DNA from: a virus
DNA length: 64,000 bases
Strand: one strand, 5' to 3'
IMG/VR virus record: IMGVR_UViG_3300025648_000015
Coordinates: 32,001-96,000 of that record
The position numbers and the translations under genes are program-made. The notes beneath the pieces were generated by a model, which had not been told where the DNA came from, did no database searches, and was given only the letters and a program-made list of their open reading frames with translations. Shown one piece after another: positions 31,504-39,122 of the stretch (within the stretch, counting starts at the first letter, position 1; each line of letters starts with the position of its first letter).

Positions 31504-31592
31504 GAGAGAGCTTTACAGCCTCTCCAGAAGGGCCTGGTCTTCCTCGGGAGTTGCAGTCGGTGTTCATACCTTGACTCCTCCCGAGGCCCTTC
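31504..31592. ncRNA. GC-rich structured intergenic element (two hairpins) upstream of whiB
   Basis: GAGAGAGCT/AGCCTCTC hairpin; GAAGGGCCT/AGGCCCTTC, CCTCGGGAG/CTCCCGAGG, AGTC/GACT nested pairings. Confidence 0.45.
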
Positions 31593-31616
31593 CAGCTATC
31601 AATCTTTCCAATAATT

Positions 31617-32102
31617 ATGGATACTAAAATTGATTATAAATGGCAAAAAGAGTCTGCCTGTAAAGGAATGGATATTGAGTTGTTCTATCCATCGCATGGT
31701 AAAGCTCCATCAAAACAACTATCAGACAAATGCGATGGTTGTCCAGTATCCACACAATGCCTTGATCATGCACTCAAATATGAAGAATATGGGCATTGGG
31801 CTAATACAGGACCAACTGAACGTAGAGAATTACGTAATAAACTTGGCATAGAATTGGTTAATATTAATATTGCGTTTCTAAATAATCAATATATTGAAGA
31901 AGAAGAAAAAGTTGAATCTACTTCTATAAAAATTAAAGGACGTGGTCGTAGACCAGCAGATTGTGGGACACGTTCTGGTTATGGTGCACACAGGCGAAAA
32001 AAAGAAATCCCATGCGAAGCATGCCGTGCTGCACAGAATGCAAGCGTTAAAGAGTTTAATAAAAATAAAAAAGACAAAGAAAGTGATCCATTTTATCAAT
32101 GA
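31617..32102 (+). CDS. whiB: WhiB-family Fe-S transcription factor with extra C-terminal Cys/His domain
   Basis: W...SAC...D.ELFYP...C..CPV..QCL.HAL...EYGHW....ER; second domain CGTRSGY.AH.....PCEAC. Confidence 0.9.
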   Translation: MDTKIDYKWQKESACKGMDIELFYPSHGKAPSKQLSDKCDGCPVSTQCLDHALKYEEYGHWANTGPTERRELRNKLGIELVNINIAFLNNQYIEEEEKVESTSIKIKGRGRRPADCGTRSGYGAHRRKKEIPCEACRAAQNASVKEFNKNKKDKESDPFYQ

Positions 32103-32794
32103 AAATTGGCTTAGTAATTCCTGTTCTTAATAATTTTGATCAAGCAATAGATATGATCTATAGTGCTAATAGTGAGCATAATGTAAAGTTTTATATCCAA
32201 CCACAATACCGTTATCAAGTTCCATTAGCTAAAGCATGGAATACTGGTATCAAGAATGCAATTACTGATGGGTGTGATGTAATCATTGTAAGCAATGATG
32301 ATGTTCTATTTTCTGAAAAGACTATAGATTATTTAGCTCGTGAAACTAAAGCAATGCCCGATGATTATGTAATGGCATTCCCAGTAGACATGTTTGATGC
32401 TTTAAGTGACCCATCACAAATCTTATGGGATGATGAAATAGTTGGCGATGTTTCATACGCTGTTGAAGATCAAAGTTACGCTTGTTTTGCAATACGACCA
32501 GACTTTTTTGAAAAGTGTGGAACGTTTGATGAGAATTTTGATCCAGCTTGGTGGGAAGATACTGATATGAAATATCGTATCAAGTTGCTTGGATACAAAA
32601 CTATACAAACAAGCATCCCTTACGTGCATATTAGACACCAGACTACAAAAAAACTCACTCAACCTCTTAATTCGTTGAAGAGCGGTCAGTATTATGAAAA
32701 AAAGTGGGGAAGTACTCGTAAAGACTTGAAAGAGGTCTATGCTAAGCCCTATAATGATCCTAATATGAGTCCAAGAGAATGGAAGAATTCATGA
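32099..32794 (+). CDS. glycosyltransferase family 2 (GT-A)
   Basis: LVIPVLN, AKAWNTGI, SNDD, GTFDENFDPAWWEDTD. Confidence 0.9.
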   Translation: MKIGLVIPVLNNFDQAIDMIYSANSEHNVKFYIQPQYRYQVPLAKAWNTGIKNAITDGCDVIIVSNDDVLFSEKTIDYLARETKAMPDDYVMAFPVDMFDALSDPSQILWDDEIVGDVSYAVEDQSYACFAIRPDFFEKCGTFDENFDPAWWEDTDMKYRIKLLGYKTIQTSIPYVHIRHQTTKKLTQPLNSLKSGQYYEKKWGSTRKDLKEVYAKPYNDPNMSPREWKNS

Positions 32795-34065
32795 GCAAGA
32801 TTAAGGTACTAGCGTGGGGTGACTATGCTTGTAGCACAGGGTTTGGTACCGTGATGAAAAATATCATGGGAGAACTGTACAAGACTGGCAGCTATGACAT
32901 TGACGTAGTTGGTGTTAATTATGATGGTGGGCCTTACGATACAACTCTTTGGCCTGGTCGCCTATGGCCTGCTATTAGTGCTTTACGTACACAAGGACCA
33001 TACGGAGATGTTTTTGGTCGTCAAGTGTTCCTAGACCTCCTTGCTCAAGGCGATTATGACATCGTATTTATTGTTCAAGATACGTTTATTGTATTGGATA
33101 TTGTTCCTCAAATTCTTGAATTGCAACGTACTAAGCCAAATACGTTCTCGACTATTTACTACTATCCATTCGATTGTGCTCCACGTGAAGAATGGGTCAA
33201 CCAATGTGTATCTAGTTTTGACTTCCCTGTTGCTTATACTGAGTACGCAAAGAACGAAAGCCGTAAAGTAATTGGTAACATTGCTGATAAGCAAGATGTT
33301 ATTTACCATGGAACCAATACTAAAGACTTCTTTCCACTATCACCAGAAGAAAAGAAACAAGCTAAAAGCATGATCTTCCCTATGCTTCAAGATAAATTTT
33401 TGATTACGAATGTTAATCGTAACCAAGGTCGCAAAGATGTTTCAAGAAGTCTTATGATCCTTAAAGAATTACGCAATATGGGAGTAGAGGATGCGTTCCT
33501 TTACATGCATATGCAAGAAAAAGACTTTGGTGGAAGTATTCTTGAAATGGCTCGTGCACTTGGGCTAGATCCAAATAAAGATTTTACTGTACCAGACCCA
33601 AGGCAATTTGGTGCACACAGCGGATTCCCAATTGAATTCCTTAACCAAATCTACAACGCTAGCGATGTTTACCTTACCACTACTCACGGTGAAGGTTGGG
33701 GCCTAAGTATCACAGAAGCAATGTCTACTAAGACACCTGTTGTTGCTCCTGATAATACATCAGTCCCTGAAATTCTTGGCGATGACCGTGGTTGGAGAAT
33801 CCCTAGTGGGCACACCCCATCTCATTGGATTATTAAAGATAATGATAATGAACGTATGCGTCCATTAATGAGCGTTGAAGATGCTGCTAAGACTATTAAG
33901 CACATTATGGATAATCCAAAGGAAGCTGCAGAACGTGCAGAGAAAGCCTATGAATGGGCATCTACAAACACTTGGGAAGCCATTGGTAAGCAATGGATGA
34001 ATGTATTTAATCGTGCTACCAATAAAGCTAAGATGGCACGAAAACTTAAGGAACAGGCAAAGTGA
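32791..34065 (+). CDS. glycosyltransferase family 4 (GT-B)
   Basis: STGFGTV, NVNRNQGRKD, YNASDVYLTTTHGEGWGLSITEAM (EX7E). Confidence 0.9.
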   Translation: MSKIKVLAWGDYACSTGFGTVMKNIMGELYKTGSYDIDVVGVNYDGGPYDTTLWPGRLWPAISALRTQGPYGDVFGRQVFLDLLAQGDYDIVFIVQDTFIVLDIVPQILELQRTKPNTFSTIYYYPFDCAPREEWVNQCVSSFDFPVAYTEYAKNESRKVIGNIADKQDVIYHGTNTKDFFPLSPEEKKQAKSMIFPMLQDKFLITNVNRNQGRKDVSRSLMILKELRNMGVEDAFLYMHMQEKDFGGSILEMARALGLDPNKDFTVPDPRQFGAHSGFPIEFLNQIYNASDVYLTTTHGEGWGLSITEAMSTKTPVVAPDNTSVPEILGDDRGWRIPSGHTPSHWIIKDNDNERMRPLMSVEDAAKTIKHIMDNPKEAAERAEKAYEWASTNTWEAIGKQWMNVFNRATNKAKMARKLKEQAK

Positions 34066-34826
34066 CTCGACGTGTAGTTAGCATTACCCCATTTTATAAC
34101 GAGACGCATATCCTTGAATTGCGGCTTGGCATTTTAGAAAATGTGGTTGATCGCTTCTACACGATTGAAGCTAACAAAACTTTTACTGGTCTTGATAAAC
34201 CAATGCTTGCTAATACCATCAAGCACCCAAAACACACAGTTGTAGAGATTGAGTTTCCTGAGGGCCTTAGTGAGTGGGGCAAAGAAAATTATCAACGGGA
34301 TGTTATTCTAGATTTATCAGAATATAATGATGATGATATTGTTCTTATTAATGACTTAGATGAAATTCCTAACCCTAAAACTATTGAATTTCTTATTGAG
34401 AACTTTGATCCTGATTTCACATATTCATTTGAAATGGTTATTCATCAATATTATTTAAATAACCAAAACCTTGGTGAAGGTATATGGTGGAAGGCTAAGG
34501 CTTGCAGCGTAGGCGAATACCGTCGAGCTGGGTTTAATGCTACTCAACTTAGGTTAGGTGTAAACTCTTTAAATATCCCCAATGGTGGATGGCACTGGAC
34601 TTTTTGTGGAGATACTACATTCATTAAAAACAAGATTGAAGCTTTTGCTCATACAGAATGTAATACTGACCAAATTAAATCAAACCTTGATTTGAATTTT
34701 GAGAACAATGCTGATACACTTGGTCGTGGATACGAACTAAAACTAGTAGATATAGATTCAGATTTTTATCCAGATTATCTAAAAGATAACAAGAAAAAAT
34801 ACAGTAAGTATATCAAGGAGCTATAA
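34062..34826 (+). CDS. glycosyltransferase family 17-like (beta-1,4-GlcNAc transferase)
   Basis: FYNE..LELRL..L..VVD.F..IEAN.TFTG..KP, E.YQR, DLDEIP, GGWHW...KIEAFAH. Confidence 0.85.
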   Translation: MTRRVVSITPFYNETHILELRLGILENVVDRFYTIEANKTFTGLDKPMLANTIKHPKHTVVEIEFPEGLSEWGKENYQRDVILDLSEYNDDDIVLINDLDEIPNPKTIEFLIENFDPDFTYSFEMVIHQYYLNNQNLGEGIWWKAKACSVGEYRRAGFNATQLRLGVNSLNIPNGGWHWTFCGDTTFIKNKIEAFAHTECNTDQIKSNLDLNFENNADTLGRGYELKLVDIDSDFYPDYLKDNKKKYSKYIKEL

Positions 34827-35008
34827 TGGATTTTGATGAGTGGTTAAAATATGGAGTAGATAATGGTTTCTGCTCAGAACAGTTCTGCAGTACCCATGAT
34901 GGTTTTCCTATGCATGATAGCGAAGAAAAGTCATGGGAAGACGGTGGAGACCCTTGTGCACATGTTGTGCGCTTGGGATCATATAATGATTGGAACATAG
35001 GAGAATAA
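34826..35008 (+). CDS. small Cys/His hypothetical protein
   Basis: MDFDEWLKYG..C...C.THDG...GDPC.HVVRL. Confidence 0.7.
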   Translation: MDFDEWLKYGVDNGFCSEQFCSTHDGFPMHDSEEKSWEDGGDPCAHVVRLGSYNDWNIGE

Positions 35009-35010
35009 TA

Positions 35011-35196
35011 ATGGGTGCAGGACAAAACTTTTTGAATTGGTTGCAAGGAACTTTTGGTGGTAATAATGGACCCGGCATTCCAGACCTTCCACTTCCAATG
35101 GGAGATAAAGCTCCAACAGCAAAGCCAAAGAAAGATAAACCAGCAGTGAAGAAAGCAGCACCTAAGAAGGCTGCACCAAAGAAAAAGGAACAATAA
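35011..35196 (+). CDS. small basic protein with histone-H1/HupB-like KKAAPKK tail
   Basis: AGGAG SD before ATG 35011; KPAVKKAAPKKAAPKKK. Confidence 0.65.
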   Translation: MGAGQNFLNWLQGTFGGNNGPGIPDLPLPMGDKAPTAKPKKDKPAVKKAAPKKAAPKKKEQ

Positions 35197-35363
35197 TGCA
35201 CGTAATGTTAGTACTAATTTTACCAGCATTGTTTTTTATGGGTGTTGGCGCTTTTATTCATATGTTTAGCCAAGGTGTAAAGAATGGTATTTATCAAAAG
35301 ACCAAAGCACCTGAGAAGAAAAACTCATGTGGTGGCAACTGTAATTGTAAATGTAAGAAGTAA
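35196..35363 (+). CDS. 55-aa membrane protein with C-terminal CGGNCNCKC motif (not in ORF track)
   Basis: TAATG overlaps on both sides; N-terminal hydrophobic helix. Confidence 0.6.
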   Translation: MHVMLVLILPALFFMGVGAFIHMFSQGVKNGIYQKTKAPEKKNSCGGNCNCKCKK

Positions 35364-35599
35364 TGGCTAAAGATTTAAATTGGGCAGCAAAGACTATGCT
35401 AGAATTAGCACAGATCCCAGCTCAGCCAAAACTTATTGCTGCGTTTAGTAATTATAGTGCTAATACAATGTGGGTTAAAGGTGTTATCAAGTCTGCATCG
35501 CGTAGGGTTGTTAATGATATGAGCAACCCTTATTTTGAACAAGCAATGGATATTTTACGTGAAAATGGCATAGACGTAAATATCTATGATACTAATTAA
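35363..35599 (+). CDS. hypothetical protein
   Basis: 78-aa ORF, TAATG-coupled. Confidence 0.6.
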   Translation: MAKDLNWAAKTMLELAQIPAQPKLIAAFSNYSANTMWVKGVIKSASRRVVNDMSNPYFEQAMDILRENGIDVNIYDTN

Positions 35600-35605
35600 A
35601 GTATT

Positions 35606-35681
35606 GCCCTAGTAGCTCAACGGATAGAGCATCGGAGTTCTAACCCGCAGGTTGCAAGTTCGAGTCTTGCCTGGGGCACCA
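35606..35681 (+). tRNA. tRNA-Arg(UCU) with encoded CCA and irregular anticodon stem
   Basis: 76 nt; acceptor GCCCTAG/CTGGGGC, D-arm GCTC/GAGC with A20 (Arg identity), T-arm GCAAG-TTCGAGT-CTTGC, loop GTTCTAA, 3' ACCA. Confidence 0.9.
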
Positions 35682-35683
35682 AT

Positions 35684-35712
35684 TTGACTTTTATAGTAGT
35701 CAACAGTAAAGT
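35684..35712 (+). promoter_or_regulatory. sigma70/SigA-type promoter
   Basis: TTGACT-N17-TAAAGT then AAGGAG SD. Confidence 0.65.
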
Positions 35713-35732
35713 ATTAAAAAGTAAGGAGTTAT

Positions 35733-36086
35733 ATGAGAACCAAAACAAGGTTGCTTAGAAGTGGTTTACAAATAGCACTAGGTGCTGAGCTTGTTTCAGT
35801 TAGTAAAAGGATGAAACAATATCAGAATGAGACTCAGCTTGCAAAAGCTACTCCCATAGAAGTGCCTGTAGCACCGCCAGTAAATAAAGAGTATCAGTAT
35901 GTCATGCGTGAAAAAGCAATTAAGCAAATTAATACTGTACTTAATGAACTAATTAATGCTACTATGATGAATGATATTTATATTGAACCAAACATCTTAA
36001 ACCAGGCAAAAGAACTTATGGACTTGTTTGCTTGGATTATTGAAAGTAGTCCCGAAGAAAAGGAAGCATATGGAACTCAAGCTTAG
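35733..36086 (+). CDS. hypothetical protein
   Basis: 117-aa ORF with AAGGAG SD. Confidence 0.65.
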   Translation: MRTKTRLLRSGLQIALGAELVSVSKRMKQYQNETQLAKATPIEVPVAPPVNKEYQYVMREKAIKQINTVLNELINATMMNDIYIEPNILNQAKELMDLFAWIIESSPEEKEAYGTQA

Positions 36087-36375
36087 TGTAAGCATTGGAG
36101 GCACTCTCCAAGTAAAGAACGCCAAAGGCGAATGGGATTGGATCAAGCCAGAAGTTGGTTGTGAGATTATACTTCATCATGGTGAGATCACAGAACAATT
36201 GCAAGAGCAATTTGCTGCTATGTGGGATCAAGTCGTTGGTCCTCAATTTAAGAATGTAGTCAGCGAACTTATTGCTGAACCAGTCGCTGTTGTAGAAGAA
36301 ACTACAGAAGAAGAATCTACAGAAACGTCAGAGGAGAACGAAAAGCCTAATGTAGATGAGGATGATTACTACTAA
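36070..36375 (+). CDS. hypothetical protein with acidic tail
   Basis: AAGGA SD before ATG 36070. Confidence 0.65.
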   Translation: MELKLSVSIGGTLQVKNAKGEWDWIKPEVGCEIILHHGEITEQLQEQFAAMWDQVVGPQFKNVVSELIAEPVAVVEETTEEESTETSEENEKPNVDEDDYY

Positions 36376-36530
36376 TGACTGAATGTAAACATTGTGGCAT
36401 GCCAATCGTTAAGTATCTAAACCCAGGTAGCTGGGACATTATTGGCGAAGACGACAATTGGGTCCACTTAGAAGATCAAAATACTATAACTAAACATACT
36501 GCTAAACCTGATTGGGATACTAAGTCATGA
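36375..36530 (+). CDS. 51-aa CxxC...WVH microprotein (not in ORF track)
   Basis: MTECKHCGMPIVKY...DNWVHLED...HTAKP; TAATG and ATGA overlaps. Confidence 0.7.
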   Translation: MTECKHCGMPIVKYLNPGSWDIIGEDDNWVHLEDQNTITKHTAKPDWDTKS

Positions 36531-37093
36531 CCGTGCTATCTGCAGCTATTACAAAAATGGATGGCATTGTCATCGCTGCTGACTCTCAAATCTCCTTTGA
36601 TTATTCTAAGAGCGATGAAGGCCCAGGTAAATTATGGATGGACAAAGACCGTAGGTATATATTCGGTGGCTGTGGAAGCATTAGAGCTATGCAAGTTATA
36701 CAATATTGGACTGAATGGCCCGAGTTCCGTGAATTTCATGAAGTAGATAAATTTGCTGTAAAAGATATTGTTCCTGCTATGCGTGAAGCTTTGAATGAAC
36801 ACGGTGCTCTTGAAAGCTCAAAAAAAGTAGAGACTTTTGGTGCTGGCATTATTATGGCATGGGATAGCAATCTTTTAATTATTGATGAAGATTTCAGCGT
36901 TACTATTCCAGTTAGTGGAAGATGGGCAATGGGATCAGGAGCAAGCGAAGCATTTGGCAGTTTGGGTGATCAAGGCCCATGGACTAAAACAGATGTTATT
37001 AAAGCAGCACGCACTGCAGCAAAAACAGCTCAAGGTGTTGGTGGAGATATTTACTACATCACAACAAAGAGCATGGAAATCAGAAAGGCTTAA
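36527..37093 (+). CDS. proteasome beta / HslV-like Ntn-hydrolase protease
   Basis: N-terminal Thr after Met, IAADSQ, K, GGCGS, AMGSG. Confidence 0.8.
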   Translation: MTVLSAAITKMDGIVIAADSQISFDYSKSDEGPGKLWMDKDRRYIFGGCGSIRAMQVIQYWTEWPEFREFHEVDKFAVKDIVPAMREALNEHGALESSKKVETFGAGIIMAWDSNLLIIDEDFSVTIPVSGRWAMGSGASEAFGSLGDQGPWTKTDVIKAARTAAKTAQGVGGDIYYITTKSMEIRKA

Positions 37094-37099
37094 GCCAGT

Positions 37100-37128
37100 T
37101 TGATTCCTTTCAACTATTATGTTAATAT
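37100..37128 (+). promoter_or_regulatory. sigma70/SigA-type promoter
   Basis: TTGATT-N17-TAATAT with TG extension, AAGGAG SD downstream. Confidence 0.7.
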
Positions 37129-37157
37129 AAATACAAACACAAGTAAGGAGAATAATA

Positions 37158-37847
37158 ATGGGTCAACCAATCATGCCAAAGCGCAAGGGACTATCAACTG
37201 GGAACCTACAGGAGGTTACAGAACCTTTGTATGGAGAATCACCCAAAGCTGCTACCCGAGCTGAAGTCCGTAGAAATAGTGCAACCGATGTTAACTTAGT
37301 TAACCTTGATGAAGTTATGGGTTCTGTGTTGGAAGAGCTAGGCAAAACAGACATTAGTCAACCACACCCTGAAATCACACCTTTTCAAATTGATACACTT
37401 GCTACAGAGCTTGTAGCTGTACGCAATGCTAAAGACGTTATTGAAGGCCGTGAGAGTGCTCTTAAAGCATATGCAACAGAAGTAATTAATATGCGCATTG
37501 CATCTACAGGTAAAGATTACGCCACAGAAAGTGGTTACCTTGTAAGCCCTGAGAATGGCGTTAAATTATCCAAAGAAGTATCTGGTGGCAAACTTAATAT
37601 TGATGTTGATCTTTTGTTTGATGTATTAGACCACGATCAATTTATTTCAGTCGTTAACATTGTTGAGACAATTACAAAAACTCAAAAGCCTGATGGTGGT
37701 GTAAGCACAGTCGAGTCACGTGTCTATGAACTCAATGAAGAGTGTTTAGAAAAACAACTCAAGCTTGGCAATATTGGCATGGAGCAAATTGTAAAGGCAA
37801 CAACCCCAGGCAAGGTGCGTTCAGCCTTTTATGTCAGAAGCATCTAA
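37158..37847 (+). CDS. hypothetical protein
   Basis: 229-aa ORF with AAGGAG SD. Confidence 0.7.
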   Translation: MGQPIMPKRKGLSTGNLQEVTEPLYGESPKAATRAEVRRNSATDVNLVNLDEVMGSVLEELGKTDISQPHPEITPFQIDTLATELVAVRNAKDVIEGRESALKAYATEVINMRIASTGKDYATESGYLVSPENGVKLSKEVSGGKLNIDVDLLFDVLDHDQFISVVNIVETITKTQKPDGGVSTVESRVYELNEECLEKQLKLGNIGMEQIVKATTPGKVRSAFYVRSI

Positions 37848-38178
37848 TAAACCAAAAAGATTAATAAAACTACGTGACGATGATCAAATCTACACGCAGA
37901 CTATGGCTGCAGCATTTTTTGATTTAACTCCAAGAGCTTTTAAGAAAAAAGAAAAATATTTTATTGATTCAATGGGCAACCCTATTGAGATCGCTAGAAC
38001 ACCTGGTGGTTATCGTCATTACAGTCTAAATGACATTCTTAAAATTGCTCATTCATTGCGTAGGGCAAATAAGATGACAGATAGGCAACTACGTTTAATA
38101 GTATTAAGAGTAGACGCTTTTAAAGAACCAATAAAGAAACATCGTCTAAGATATCGAAAAGGCAACAATCCAACATGA
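37831..38178 (+). CDS. MerR/BldC-like helix-turn-helix DNA-binding protein
   Basis: YT...AA.FF...RTPGGYRHYSLNDI wing motif. Confidence 0.75.
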   Translation: MSEASNKPKRLIKLRDDDQIYTQTMAAAFFDLTPRAFKKKEKYFIDSMGNPIEIARTPGGYRHYSLNDILKIAHSLRRANKMTDRQLRLIVLRVDAFKEPIKKHRLRYRKGNNPT

Positions 38179-39122
38179 ACAAGAAAACATTATTACTGTT
38201 TGATGGGCATAATGTGTTCATTAGATCATTTAGTGGTTTGATGAGGCAGGGGCTGAGCGCTCCAGATGGTTCAGGCACTTGGGGAATCTATGGTGCTTTT
38301 AATGTAATTGCTAGTATGGTTAGAAAACATAAACCTACGCATGTTCTTATTGCTTTTGATAAAGGCCGTAGTGCCAAACGTTTAGCCATTGATCCTGAAT
38401 ACAAAGCTAATCGTGATAAGAAACGTGATCCAAAAAACACAATGGATAACGCATTCTCTTTAGAGTTTAAACCGCAATTAGAAACATTTAAATTTCTTTG
38501 TTCTAAAAGCGGCATACCTTTTATGAGCATAGAAGACGTAGAAGCAGACGATATTATTTCTACTGCGGCATTGGGTAATGCTGGTATTTTTGATAAGATT
38601 GTAATCGTCAGTGCAGACCATGATTTACATCAATTGATACGACCAAATATAACTGTTATAAAACCTAGCATTAGCTACAAAGATATTGATGAAGAAGTCA
38701 ATGACATGGAATCTATCATGTTAGAGTGGGGCGTAGAACCTTGGAGGCTTCCTGAGATCTGGGCTTTGATGGGTGACAAGGGTGACAATGTTAAAGGTAT
38801 TCCTGGCATTGGACCTAAGAAGGCTACAAAACTTATTGCTGATTATGGCAATTTAGAAGAAGTTCTTGAAAAAGAATCTAAAGTTAAAGATCATATAAAT
38901 ATAGTGCGCAAAGCAAAATCATTGATTGAGCTTAGCCATGATGAAGATTTACCATTCCCACCATTGGGGGATCTACAGTTTACGCCTGTACAACCTAAAA
39001 CTGAAAACGCTGATGAATTAGAACAATTGTTTGATGAACTTGGGTTTATTCAGGTAAAAGATAGATGGAGACATTTCACTTTATGGAATGATGTGATCCC
39101 TTTTGGTAGGAAACTGCGATGA
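38175..39122 (+). CDS. 5'-3' exonuclease / flap endonuclease (PolA N-terminal-like)
   Basis: LLFDGHN, FD, YKANR, EADDII, SADHD, LMGDKGDNVKGIPGIGPKKA. Confidence 0.95.
   Translation: MNKKTLLLFDGHNVFIRSFSGLMRQGLSAPDGSGTWGIYGAFNVIASMVRKHKPTHVLIAFDKGRSAKRLAIDPEYKANRDKKRDPKNTMDNAFSLEFKPQLETFKFLCSKSGIPFMSIEDVEADDIISTAALGNAGIFDKIVIVSADHDLHQLIRPNITVIKPSISYKDIDEEVNDMESIMLEWGVEPWRLPEIWALMGDKGDNVKGIPGIGPKKATKLIADYGNLEEVLEKESKVKDHINIVRKAKSLIELSHDEDLPFPPLGDLQFTPVQPKTENADELEQLFDELGFIQVKDRWRHFTLWNDVIPFGRKLR

Noticed and set aside
35606-35681. Reading the tRNA loop as TT-CTA-AC (amber suppressor) and hence TAG recoding
   Set aside because: That register pairs worse than the TCT register, A20 indicates Arg identity, and genes are intact in code 11 with TAG used as a normal stop
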